Assembly (NCBI GenBank): GCA_030390025.1
Contig: CM059431.1
Location: 128,590,001-128,654,000 of the forward strand
DNA length: 64,000 nucleotides
From: Squalus acanthias
Taxonomy: Eukaryota
Direction of reading: 5' to 3'
Shown here: piece by piece, positions 1 to 12,006 of the stretch
Position numbering within the stretch: position 1 is the stretch's first letter
How the letters are laid out: each line of letters starts with the position of its first letter
Translations under genes and position numbers: made by a program
Notes under the pieces: model-generated
Told to the model about the DNA's origin: nothing
Databases searched by the model: none
Seen by the model: only the letters and a program-made list of their open reading frames with translations

Positions 1-226
1 TGCTGTAAAAAGATCCTTAAACAGCTGTTATGCCCCTCGTTAGCGTATGCAAGAAGGCTAACGCCTGTTTTAGGCAGCCGTCCAGGATGCCTGATAAATG
101 GCCCAACACAATTTGGGTCGGATGGTTTCAGGCATCCTTGGGGCACAGGATGTTGTGCCCCAAAATTGGTCCTTTTGCGCCTATTTTACGCCTGTAAAAC
201 GGGCAACGAGGACCAATTTCTACCCC
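1..226. mobile_element. Right end of a Harbinger-type non-autonomous element (left part lies outside the window)
   Basis: Ends in AATTTCTACCCC (reverse complement GGGGTAGAAATT), the TIR type seen on other Harbinger elements here. The last ~60 bp resemble the end of the 62991-63324 element. Confidence 0.6.
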
Positions 227-764
227 AGTGAGTGAGGGTAAACCTAAGGGAGAAGCCTGAAACACAGAAACCAAAACTAATGGTAAAAATCTAAAATGAC
301 AAAAAAAATTTAACTGGCTATTGTAGCACTTTTCTTGAAATGTTTTCAGCAGGGAGGTATGTGACACACAAAAGCAATTGACTGTATAATCCTGCTGACT
401 GCACTATAAAAACTATAAACGTTTAATGTATTTGTCTGATTCAGATGGTGTAAGTGGACAATGCAGTTGTCGAATTGAAACAGTTCATTTACAACAGCCC
501 AGGGCAATCACACAGGCATTTATTTTTATACGTGGTCCAATACAATTCACAAAACCTATTTTTCAAAGTTTTCTTTTCTGTTATGAGTCCTTTCTCTATC
601 ATACCATCTTGCCCTTTGATTCCCTACAATAATATCAGATGGAAAAAAATGCAGTGTCTATCAGCTTACAGAAGTTTCATTCAAATGGCATAAAATGGCA
701 TAACTCACAGTTCAGACCCCATCAGTTTGGCCATCTGGCTACATCCGATAACCTTATTTTCTTT

Positions 765-2288
765 GGGCTAGAAATTCATTATAACCCAGGAATGGGCGGT
801 ATCTTTAGAAAAGTTTGAGAATTAGCGCCAGGCGCTAATGCTTTAGACTGCATGCAAAATTCATTCTCACTGCTCAAAGAAATGATTGGGGCACTAATTC
901 AGGTCTTAAAGGCTAGCTCAGTGGTGTTACACTGAAAGGGTGGACCAATATCGGGTACAGTCGAATCTCAACTCATCATTGCCACAGTCTTTTCCCTGTA
1001 CTTAAAGGGAGGCTCATTGATACTGCAGCACCTCATTCTCAGCATTGCTGGCTGTGCAGCTGCCTCAGCAAGAAGAAGCACAACAAGGAGAAGGAGCCGG
1101 AGGACTGAAGCAGGTGTGCTCATGGCAGATCCACCTCAGACAGGTGGTCAGGGTGATTGAAGGCTTCACCAAATGCTACATACCACCATCTGTACCACAA
1201 GCTTCACACACTGCCCAAAGCACCACACCCCCAGTGCTCACCCACCAACAATCTCTACCTACCAACACTCATACCCACATCTCATGCCTTGCACACAATG
1301 ACAGCTATTCAACTATGGCAGGCACAAGGATCATTAATTATTAGAATGAATGTGATATGGTTATGCATACATTTATTAATGGAGTTTGCAATATATTGTG
1401 GTCTCTCTCATTTCACCTTTGTGCTCAGGAGGACACTGTGATATGGCATGACACAGGAGTGGTATGATGGGCATGTGGTGAGCAAAGGGGATCTGGGGTT
1501 TAAGTCATCCTGGTGTGAGGCTGGAGGTCTGTTTGGAGGAGGTGGCAGAGTTCTGTGACCACCACCTTGGTGATGTGGAGCCATCTAATACACTGCTCCT
1601 CGCTTAATTGAAGGTAGGAGAAGTGCTATCGGAATACCTTTGGAGGGTAAGGCCTCCTCGTAAGAGCCCTGATATCCCACCTCATCCCTCTGCGCACATG
1701 TTCCCGTATTTCTCGCTGCCTACATTCCCTCCACCATAGATCCTGGAGGGCGAGGTGGCATGCCAGTACAGCCCCCATTAATGTTACCAAGTGTAGCAGT
1801 TTGAATCTTTGAGCAATAAATGTAGCTACTTTGCACTTGCCAGAAGACTGCTGATACAAAAGAAGCTTGAAATTATTCATTCAAACTGTTCCACTGGGTG
1901 AAACTGATAAGAAACCACTGAAACTAACCTGCCCTGACAGCTGCGAGTGATTAATGCTGATGCCTTTAAATAACATCGCTGGAGCCGGCTTCCTGCAGCT
2001 GCACGCCAGCTCTCCCTGTCACTGTCCGGTCAAGGAGCTAAGGTAAGTGGCGACAATGAGTTTTACAGATCAGGCACCCAGTGAGCGTTGCATGCGCACT
2101 GATGTCATGCTCTGCCTGCCGTTGAAGTCCCCAGTGGTACTTCGTACCGATGGCACAACGGGGGGAGGGGGGGTCAGATTTGCCATGCGGCGCTGGATTT
2201 GCCTCGTCCCGGAGCTACTGCATCAGCACCCCATTACCGCCATCTGCAGGCACTAATGGGAGGTGCTAAGCTACTGAATTTTTCCCCC
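765..2288 (+). mobile_element. Internally deleted PIF/Harbinger element, same family as 29489-32252
   Basis: TIRs GGGCTAGAAATTCA / GGGGGAAAAATTCA (rc), TSD TTT at 762-764 and 2289-2291. Transposase N-terminal remnant on minus (RALTRRPYPPKVFR). Blocks ~1140-1330 and ~1390-2170 match ~29860-30050 and ~31370-32140. Confidence 0.85.
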
Positions 2289-3233
2289 TTTGAATTCTAA
2301 AAGATAAGATTCCACTCTATTCCACACAGGTCATTAACAATATTTGCCATTTAAGAAAATTTTCCCATCCGTAGACATTTTTAAATGTTCAACAAGGCTA
2401 AAGAAAGCTTTTCATTTCTTACTTGTTATGCCATGTCCTACTTTCAAATACTGATCAAGTGCAGGAAGTTATCCTTGAAAATCCGTTTTTCTTTGAGGAT
2501 ATCTCTAGTTTAACGTGCCAAACACAAGGCTAAAGCACAGTAGCAAAGATGTTTCTCAGGAAATAATGGAGGCAGACTACAAAAAGGAGACACTGCAGAG
2601 GAAATTAACATTTTGAATTGCATCTGCACAAGTAAAAGGCCGTACTGTAGCAGAGCACAGCTAGGAAAGCTATAATAGACTTCAAAATTACCATAAATAT
2701 TATAAATGATGGTTAAAAAAGAATTAAAATCTAAATGCTGTGAAAATTGCAGCTTGTGGTGGCACATTATTTCCAGTCTGTCAGATTTTATTTTGCTCAA
2801 CTATCTAAGTGTCAAAATTGCAGTTCATTTTGTCCTAACAAATTCACACAACATCTACAAAAGCAGTATTTTGGGGCCTTAAAAGGCTGAAAATGATGTT
2901 TCGATCCACTTCAAAGTGAGAACTGAACAATTATATTTGTATATCAAGATTATATAATATGCTTTAGATGCTGAAGGAATATTTGCATGAATAGTAAATT
3001 CCCATTGTAATGCTTTCTGTCAGCACTATTGTTAAATATGAAAAATCATGATGAACCAAATTAAGTGTAAATATGTCTAAGGGAAACAGAAGATAATTGT
3101 GGATAATAGTTATGTGCACCATGTATTTTTATCTATATTCTTCTAGATCATTTACCATGATCTCAGCAACTTCTGAGCATTACTGGTTATTGGCATAGTA
3201 TGGTAGGTCACATAACAACAACATTTCTACCAC

Positions 3234-4392
3234 ATGAAATGTCAATAACCAGTGGGCATAGATTTAAAGTAATTGGTAGAAGGATTAGAGGGGAGTTGAG
3301 GAGAAATAATTGCACCCAGCGGGTGGTGGGGGTCTGGAACTCACTGCCTGAAAGGGTGGTAGAGGCAGAGATCCTCATCACATTTAAAAAGTACTTGGAT
3401 ATACACTTGACGTACCGTAACCTACAAGCTGTAGACTGCAGGAAGATATCAATACATTGGTCAGCTGGGCAGAACAGTGGCAAATGGAATTCAATCCAGA
3501 GAAGTGTGAGGTAATGCATTTGGGGAGGGCTAACAAGGAAAGGGAATACACATTAAATGGTAGGACACTGAGTAGTGTAGTGGAACAAAGGGACCTTGGA
3601 GTGCATGTCCACAGATCCCTGAAGGTAGCAGGCCAGGAAGATAAGGTGGTTAAGAAGGTATACGGAATGCTTGCCTTTATTAGCCGTGGCATCGAATACA
3701 AGAGCAGTGGGGCTATGCTTCAACTGTATAAAACATTAGTTAGGCCTCAGCTGGAGTATTGCATGCAGTTCTGGTCCCCACATTACAGGAAAGATGTGAT
3801 TGCACTGGAGAGGGTATAGAGGAGATTTACAAGGATGTTGCCGGGAGTAGAGAACCTTAGGTATGAGGAAAGACTGGATAGGTTGGGTTTGTTTTCCTTG
3901 GAACAGAGGAGGCTGAGGGGAGACCTTATTGAGGTGTATAAAATTATGAGGGGCCTAGATAAAGTGGATAGAAAGGACTTATTTCCCTTAGTAGAGGGGT
4001 CAAAAACCAGGGGGCACAGATTTAAAGTAATTGGTGGAAGGTTTAGAGGGGAAATTTCTTCACCCAGAGGGTTGTGGGGGTCTGGAACTGATTGCCTGAA
4101 AGGGTGGTAGAGGCAGAAACCCTAACCACATTTAAAAAGTACTTGGATGTGCACTTGGGATGCTGTAACCTGCAGGGCTACGGACCAAGAGCTGGGAATT
4201 GGGATTAGGCTGGATAGCTCTTTGTTCGTCGGCGCGGACACGATGGGCCGAAATGGCCTCCTTCCGTGCTGTAACTTTCTATGATTCTATGATTCTGTGC
4301 AGGCTATGGATCAAGAGCTGGAAAGTGGGATTAGGCTGGATAATTCTTTTGGCCGCCACAGAATGGCCTCCTTCTGTGCTGTAAATTTCTAT
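3234..4392 (+). mobile_element. CR1 LINE 3' fragment, split by a second CR1 insertion
   Basis: ORF2 C-terminus (GHRFKVIGRRIRGE..TQRVVGVWNSLPERVVEAE) at 3234-3430. Its 3' UTR resumes at ~4297 and runs to TTTCTATG at ~4392. Confidence 0.75.
3431..4295 (+). mobile_element. 5'-truncated CR1 LINE nested in another CR1
   Basis: WAEQWQMEFNPEKCEVMHLG and YKTLVRPQLEYCMQFWSP motifs; 3' tail of TTCTATGA repeats. Confidence 0.9.
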
Positions 4393-4393
4393 G

Positions 4394-5015
4394 GGGGGAA
4401 AATTCAGTTGCTTTGCGCCTCCCATTAGTGCCCTAAGAGGCTATAATAACAAGGAAAATAATAAATGGTTTGCAATCATTTTACTAAACTGTGGGGTGAT
4501 TTTTGTCTCACTACCACTCCATTTATGCCTAATAATGTGGCGGAAGTGAAATCAAAATCACATGAAGAACTGAACTGTCAACTAACCATTGGTGGTCCGC
4601 CCATTCCAATTTTCTGGAAGACCACAATTTAAGCAGCCAAAGTTCCTGCTGCAAACAGCCAGTCATCAGAAACAGAGAAGATGCCCAAACATCCAACTGT
4701 GCATGACCTCCAGCCTGGCCATCTCCAATGCTGCGCACTCTATCTCTGCAAATGATGTTGATGGCCACCTCTTCCATTATTCTGTAAAGAGTGAAGTGTC
4801 CCATTGTAATTGGAGGAGAAGCATGGAAAGCAAGGGCGAGAAAGCTTGATAGTGGTGAGGCTAAAGTAGGGTGGTTCAGGATTGTACTGAGAGTAAAAGA
4901 GAAGTTAATGGGAGTCTCACCTTGGTAGCCCTGGTGAGGTTATAAAATTTCTTCCTGCACTGCAGCCAGGTTCTGGACCAATGTTGGTAGCATTGACTTG
5001 CTTAGCCATAGGATT
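4394..5015 (-). mobile_element. Decayed Harbinger remnant with a Myb/SANT exon fragment
   Basis: Starts GGGGGAAAATTCAGTTGCTTTGCGCCTCCCATTAGTGCC, an inverted match to the right end of 765-2288. Minus 4921-4980 reads SRTWLQCRKKFYNLTRATK followed by the donor GTGAG. Confidence 0.65.
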
Positions 5016-5289
5016 ATAAGCCGCGATTTTATTTCAGGAGGCGGCTTGGAGTCGGGTTGCGTGGTGGGCAGGGTCTGGACCCGCTGCCGGCTGGATCAGC
5101 TCCGTTTTTTACATTTTTATTCAATTGCCTTGTTAAGTTCATTGGGGCGCGCTGACCGGTCCAATGACTGGGATCGGGTCTGTTGGCCACCTCTGATGAT
5201 GTCATTATTGCAGATGCTTTTAATGGTCCCATGCAGCCTCAGCCTTTCAGTTCTTGATTCTGCTGGTTTGTGCATGTGTGAGAGCAAGA

Positions 5290-5529
5290 ATGAGTGCTTC
5301 TAGAGGCAAGGCAGCTCCACGCTTCAGTGAGGTGTCCCACCAAGCTCATGTTGAGGCAGTAAGAGGGCGCAGGGAGATTCTCTTCCCTCCGGGTGGCCGG
5401 AGGAAGCCTCCTCAGCAGACCAAGGCAGACTGGCCACGCATTGCTGAGGAGGTCAGCGCAAGGTCCATTTATTCACGCTCCTGGATCCAGTGCAGGAAAC
5501 GCTTGAATGATCTTCTGCGAAAATCAAAA
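5290..5529 (+). pseudogene. Harbinger Myb/SANT-like DNA-binding gene, exon 1
   Basis: ATG at 5290; reads APRFSE..VEAVRGRREILF..WPRIAEEVSARSIYSRSWIQCRKRLNDLLRKSK, then donor GTGAGT. 240 bp, phase 0. Confidence 0.85.
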
Positions 5530-5876
5530 GTGAGTATCACATCACGCTTACCTTCAATCTGCTTCCCTTCTCTTCTCATCACCAGCACACTGCGTTGTAA
5601 GCCTGCTCCTCCACATTCCACCTTACCCTTACTTCCCTTGCACCATTACCTATCCATCTCTCTCTCTGTACTGAATCACTTCACCATCCTGCCTATGCAC
5701 CCCTCACACTCGCTCTGACTGTTATGCAGTGAGAACAACAACTAACAACGCACAGGGAGCTAGCTTCCTCTTGGCACCTCACTCCATCTTGGTCTCCCTC
5801 TAAGCTTCGATGTTAGGAATTTTTCACACTCACTCCATCACTGTGGTTGAAACTCCGCTTGTGTCACTCCTTGCAG

Positions 5877-6036
5877 GAAAAGATAGCCCACAATAAGAGG
5901 GAGAAAGCACAAACAGGAGAACGCACACAAAGCCTTGCATCGCTGACAAGTGCTGAGGAGGCTGCACACAAAATGGTCGGAGGTGGCGAGGGTCTGGAAG
6001 TGGGCGATGGAGAGACGGGCGCACTAGACGAAGCTG
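5877..6036 (+). pseudogene. Harbinger Myb/SANT-like gene, exon 2
   Basis: Acceptor CTCCTTGCAG; reads EKIAHNKREKAQTGE..LTSAEEAA; donor GTGACA. 160 bp, the same length as exon 2 at 37448-37607. Confidence 0.8.
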
Positions 6037-6092
6037 GTGACAGAATAGAGTTTCATCCCTCTCATTTACATTTAATGATTGACTGCAATGGC

Positions 6093-9000
6093 ATATAAGA
6101 ACATAAGGACATAAGAAATAGGAGCAGGAGTAGGCCATTCAGCCCTTCGAGCCTGCTCCGCCATTCAATGAGATCATGGCTGATCTTCTGCCTCAACTCC
6201 ATTCACTGGCCCTATCGCCATATCCCTTGATGCCTTTACTAGTCAGAAATCTATCGAATTCTGTTTTGAATATATCCAATGACTGAGCCTCCACAGCCCT
6301 CTGGGGTAGAGAATTCCAAAGATTCACCACCCTCTGTGTGAAGAAATTTCTTCTCAGCTCAGTCCTGAATGGCCTACCCTTTATCTCGAGGCTGTGGCCC
6401 CTGGTTCTAGACTCCCCAGCCAAGGGAAACATTCTCCCAGCATCCACCCTATCAAGCCCTGTAATAATTTTGTATGCTTCAATGAGATCCCCTCTCATTC
6501 TTCTGAATTCAAGAGAATACAGGCCTAGTTTACTCAATCTCTTCTCATACAACAGTCCCACCATCCCAGGAATCAATCTTGTGAACCTTTGTTGCACTCC
6601 CTCTATGACAAGTATATCCTTCCTTAGGTAAGGAGACCAAAATTGTACACAGTACCCCAGGTGTAGTCTCACCAAGGCCCTATATAATTGGAGTAAGACT
6701 TCTTTACTCCTGTACTCAAATCCTCTTGTAATGAAGGCCAGCATACCATTTGCCTTCCTAATGGCTTGCTGCACCTGCACATTCACTTTCAGTGACTCAT
6801 GTACAAGGACACCCAGGTCCCTTTGAGCATCTACATTCCCCAATCTTTCACCATTTAGGAAATACTCTGCCTTTCTGTTTTTTCTACCAAAGTGGATAAC
6901 TTCACATTTATCCACATTATATTCCATCTGTCATTTTCTCGCCCACTCACTGAGCCTGTCGAGATCCCCTTGAAGCATCTTCACATCCTCTTCACAACAG
7001 ACACTGCCACCTAGCTTTGTATCATCAGCAAATTTAGAAATGTTACATTTAGTCCCTTCATCCAAATCATTGATATAGATTGTGAATAGCTGGGGACCAA
7101 GCACCGATCCTTGCGGTACCCCACTAGTCACAGCCTGCCATCCTGAAAAAGACCCGTTTATCCCTACTCTTTGTTTTCTGTCAGTTAACTAATTCTCAAT
7201 CCATGCTGGTATATTACCCCCAATTCCATGTGCCCTAATTTTGTTCACCAACCTCTTGTGTGGGACCTTATCGAAGGCCTTCTGAAAATCCAGATACACC
7301 ACATCTACCGGTTCCCCTTTGTCTACTCCACTAGTTACATCCTCAAAGAACTCCAATAGGTTTGTCAAACAGGATATCCCTTTCATAAATCCATGTTGAC
7401 TCTGCCCAAACTTACTATTAGTTTCTAAGTGCCCAGTTATTGCATCCTTTATAATAGATTCTAGCATTTTCCCAACTACTGATGTGAGGCTAACAGGTCT
7501 GTAGTTATCCGTTTTCTCTCTCCCTCCTTTCTTAAATAGCGGAGTTACATTTGCTATCCTCGAATCTGCAGGAACCATTCCAGAATCTATAGAATTTTGG
7601 AAGATGACAACCCACTATCCCAATGGCCACCTCTTTCAAAACCCTAGGATGTAGGTCATCCGGTCCTTGGGATTTATTGACTTTTATTCCCATTAATTTT
7701 GCTAGTATTGTATTTTTACTAATAATAATTTCTTTAAGTTCCTCATTCTCGCCACACCCTTGGTTTTCTCATATTGTAAGGGTTTTGGGAACTGTGTCTC
7801 TCAGAGACGGTGCTGGTGCGAGGTTAGGCCTTCGTTGCCTAATACTATTGCTTGCTCTGGTCTCCGGCCAGCCTTATTGCAATAAGCACCTGTGAGTGGT
7901 TCGACCCACTCGCCCTTACGGTTCTAACACTGGACTTAGGTGCAGGGAGCAGTAATGCAGAGAAAACTCAAATAGACTCGCTTGAATAGTACGAAATGGA
8001 AATCTTTATTGCATAGCGTCCAGGATCATGAAGTACATGTCATAGGCGCAAATTAACGAGAGTACAAGTATACATACATTCATAAAGCTTGGTCTATGGA
8101 AATGAAGAACGCACGGCACATCGTAAAAAGGGGAACACATTATACTTTAACCTCAATAACCACCCTCCCTTAACAATACCTACACTACGTCTAGATTTGT
8201 AGGATCGTAAAACATGCTCACCACTCGTGTTACTTCGGAGATTTTAAACTGAGGCACTCGACTCGTTTCGCTGCAGCGCCTGACTGTCACGTGTTTGGAA
8301 GGATTTTGTACTCCACTTGTTTATCTTCGCTGCTACGACAAGCAGGCCAGACTCCCTGTTGTCATGAAGAACTCGACAGGACTCGGACACAGTTCAAAGA
8401 AGAGTCTTCCTGTTCCCGACACCGGTTGTCGGTAGATTTCAATGAAGAGTTCTTTATTATATTTTCGGGCGCGGTCGGGGTTTACTGACCGTGGCGGCAC
8501 GTGGATTCTTCTCCTCTTCTTCTCGTCTCGTCTCGTCTCTTCGGGCCTTCGGGTCCAGACACCGTTTACCGACACTCGGGATGGTGCACCCGGTTACTTG
8601 CCCTTGTCGGGGCGGCTCGTTCCGAGTGAGCTCCACCCAACATTCAAATAACCGACCAGTGCGGCTAAGAGTCAAGAGTCAACAAAGTCCAGAGAGAAAA
8701 TCAAAAGCTCACCAGTCAAGCGAGTCCATGAAGCGGCAAGCGAATAAGAGTTCAGCAGTCAGCAGCGAGATAAGAGAATAAGAGTTCAGCCCGAGTCAAG
8801 AGTCAGCAGAGATAAGAGCCAGCCGGGAGAATAAGAGTCGAATCAAGAGAGCGATGGACATTTGTTCACTATAGTTATAGTGCTGTGTTCCCTTATCTCC
8901 CGCTCAAATCTTAATGTTTGTCCTTTGTGTAATATTGGCGCTCAAAACTCCCAGCATGGGGCGATTCTTCTCTTTAACAGGTTTCGGTAGCACCTGAAAC

Positions 9001-10614
9001 TGGCCAACTATCCGTTAATGTTTTCCCCATTGTTGATCCAGCCAGGATGTGTATGAATCGTCTCCCTGACTGGTTTTGGGGGCCCCCGAATACTTGCTTA
9101 ATCACCCGTCGATGTCTCTCTCATTGTAGAGCCGTGGGGGTATTTGTGTATTGATGTGTCTGGATGGGCCTTCGATTGCCCAGTACAATGGTCCTTACTT
9201 GTGCATGGAAAACGATTCCAGCACTTATATCTTTGCTATTGTCACAAATGCAAACAGGTTGCATCCTGTCTTTATCAGTGTTTATCGAGTATGATCCAAT
9301 CTTATATTGAATGTTTATTCGACGCCATCTTGTCTGCCCACTGTATTTCTGGAAGCTTCTGCCACGATGCGCGGTGGCCATTTTACAGGCTTCTGTGTCC
9401 TTTATTATCAGGACAGCATTTCGTTTAATAAAACTGATCAAACGAATCTGCTTCTCTTGTGTTATTTTGAATCGCGATAATTGCGAAACTTTACATATTT
9501 CTGGGAGGTTTTTTGTGTCTTCCTCCGTGAAGACAGAAACAAAGTATTTATTTAATTTCTCTGCCATTTCCTCATTCCCCCATTATAAATTCTCCCGTCT
9601 CTGACTGTAAAGGACCTACATTTACCTTTGCCAGTCTTTTCCTTTTCACATACCTACAGAAGCTTTTACAATCCGTTTTTATATTTTTCGCTAGTTTGTT
9701 CTCATATTCCATTTTCCCTTTCTTTATCAATTTCTTGGTCCCCCTTTGCTGATTTCTAGAAAGATCCCAATCCTTTTTCTACTCCACTAGTTACATCCTC
9801 AAAGAACTCCAATAGCGCTTTTTCTGGCAACTTTATAAGCTTCCTCCTTTGACTTAATACTAGCTTTAATTTCTTTTGTTAGCCATGGTTGGATCACTTT
9901 TCCTTTTGGGTTTTTATGCCCTCGAGGAATATATGTTTGTTGCAAATTATGCATTATTTCCTTGAATGTTAGCCATTGTATGTCCACCTTCATACCTTTT
10001 AGTGTAGTCTCCCAATCTACCATGCCCAACTTGTCCCTTATGCCCTTATAGTTTCCTCTGTTTAGATTGATGACCTTAGTTTCAGATTGGACTACATCAC
10101 TCTCAAACTTAATGTAAAATTCAATCATATTATGGTCACTTGTCTCTAAAGGCCCTTTACCACAAGATTATTGATTAGCCCTTCCTCATTACACAGTACC
10201 AGGTCCAGAATAGCCTGTTCCCTGGTTGGTTCCTCCACATACTGATCCAGGAAACCATCTCGCATGCATTCCAAGAATTCGTCCTCCACACCATTAGTGG
10301 TAATTTGATTTGCCCAGTCAATATGTAGATTAAAGTCCTTCATGATTACCATATTGCCCTTGTTACATGCACTTCTAATTTCTTGATTGATACTGTGCCC
10401 TGCATTACCATTACTATGTGGTGGCCTACACATAACTCCCACCAATGTTTTCCGCCCTTTGCTGTTTCTTAGCTCCACCCAAACTGATTCCAGTTCTACA
10501 TCACGATCTGCCGAGCCAAGATCTTTTATCTCTACCGTACCGATCTCATCCCTTATTAACAGTGCTACGCCACTTCCTTTTCCTTTTTGTCTGTCCTTCC
10601 TAAATGTTGAGTAC
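6093..10614 (-). mobile_element. 5'-truncated CR1 LINE (partial EN plus RT) inserted in intron 2 of the Harbinger Myb gene
   Basis: EN motifs (DFNLHIDW, REQAILDLVL), RT motifs ([31 protein letters not shown]) and a CATAAGAA-type tail at ~6093-6120. Confidence 0.95.
7775..9495 (-). mobile_element. Solo-LTR-like insertion, 1721 bp, non-coding
   Basis: Begins TGTAAG and ends TTTACA; CR1 ORF2 resumes exactly on both sides. Duplicated flank is TAT, or ATAT/ATATT depending on where the termini are set. Minus strand has a TATA-like TATAACTATA (~8870-8879), a pyrimidine-rich repeat tract and AATAAA (~8453, ~8005). Strand is inferred from these signals. Confidence 0.65.
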
Positions 10615-10719
10615 ATTAAATTTGATGTTCATATAGATTCCCTTTGTATCACCTGCACAAAAGAATGTGTCTGCTACATCAAAATCAGATGTCTAACTCA
10701 TGCCTTTACTCTCCCACAG

Positions 10720-11759
10720 AACCATCGAGCGCCTCCCTCCCCACTGTCCAGGAGGAACAGCCAGACAACTCCTCAGAAGAACCTGCAGCCTCTGAGGGAG
10801 CAGCGTCACCAGGACTCAGCGCACCCAGCACCTGCGCAGAAACGCCGACCTCGGCGGGGCCCTCGCGACTTAGAGTAGTGTTGTCACCTGGTGTATCACA
10901 GCTCATAAGTGAGCATTAGCAGATGGTGGAGACAGGGACAGCAGTGGAGAGTCCTCGTCGGGGGTCGCAGGACGCTCCCAGCTCTGCTCAGCTGCATGTA
11001 GACGCTGTGCCTCTGGGGCCATCCAGAAAGAGAGCAGTTCAGGAACTCCAGGAACAAGTGCAGGAGTCTCGGGAAGGGTTTGCCTCCAGGGTAAGTGTGA
11101 GTGTGCAGAGAATGGAGGATTCTATCTCTAACATCAGCACTGCCTTGGTGGAGGCAATGGCGCATGAACGCACCACCATGGAGAGGATGACAACCTCCAT
11201 GGATAGGATGGCAACCTCCATGGAGGACATAAGTCGCCAGAGTAACAAAAACATGGTGACTGTTCAAAATAGATTGTCATCTCTGGAGGAGCGATGGGCA
11301 GCTATTGAGGAGAGACACCAGAGCTTCATGGACGTTCTTGTGATGAGGACTGTCAGTACAGATACGAGTCCTCATGACCCCGCTGATGTGCAGCAAGGTG
11401 CTCTCCAGCCACTTGGTAGCACTGGAGTGTGGCTGACCCATGAGAGGGATGTTGCTGGCAGCCAACAGGGAAGTGTGGACTCCTCTCCAAGCACTCACAC
11501 GACCATGCCACTGCGGAGCCCTCGCTCAGAGACCCACTTTGCGGAGACAACTGAGATAGCCATTTCAGCCCAAGCACAGCCGCAGGAAGAGCAGACTGTT
11601 GTGGAGCCATCCCAGGCTCCCAAACCCAGAGGACGCCCGCCAAAGGCGTCTAAGCAGGCGCGGCATCCAAGTGAGCAAGGTGCCTCTGCATCTGCTGAAG
11701 CCACAGGGGAACCACCATGTAGAAGGGTGTTTTGTCATGATTTTCCTGCTTCTACATAA
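10720..11759 (+). pseudogene. Harbinger Myb/SANT-like gene, exon 3 (low-complexity and probable coiled-coil C-terminus)
   Basis: Acceptor CTTTACTCTCCCACAG, phase compatible with exon 2. ORFs 10644-10919 and 10923-11759 share one frame, separated by a single TAG at 10917-10919. Confidence 0.75.
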
Positions 11760-12006
11760 GGGTTTGCATTGTGATCCTTTTGTCAATGTAGTAAACAAAA
11801 GTGATAGGCCACACATTCAACTGTTTTCTACATGTTCTGGGAAATGGCAAATGCGCATTGAGGGCTCAGGGCGACTTGCATTTGTAATGATGATGGTGAA
11901 AGTGATAGGAAATCACCGGTTATAGCAGAGATGATGTATGACGTTGGAGGAAGGTCACCTACAATTAGAGAGCCATATGGGAGCCACCTATGGTTGAAGA
12001 GCAAGC

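Noticed and set aside
445..449. Plus-strand 5-bp microexon (ttcag|ATGGT|gtaagt)
   Set aside because: Too short to distinguish from chance, and no partner exons were identified.
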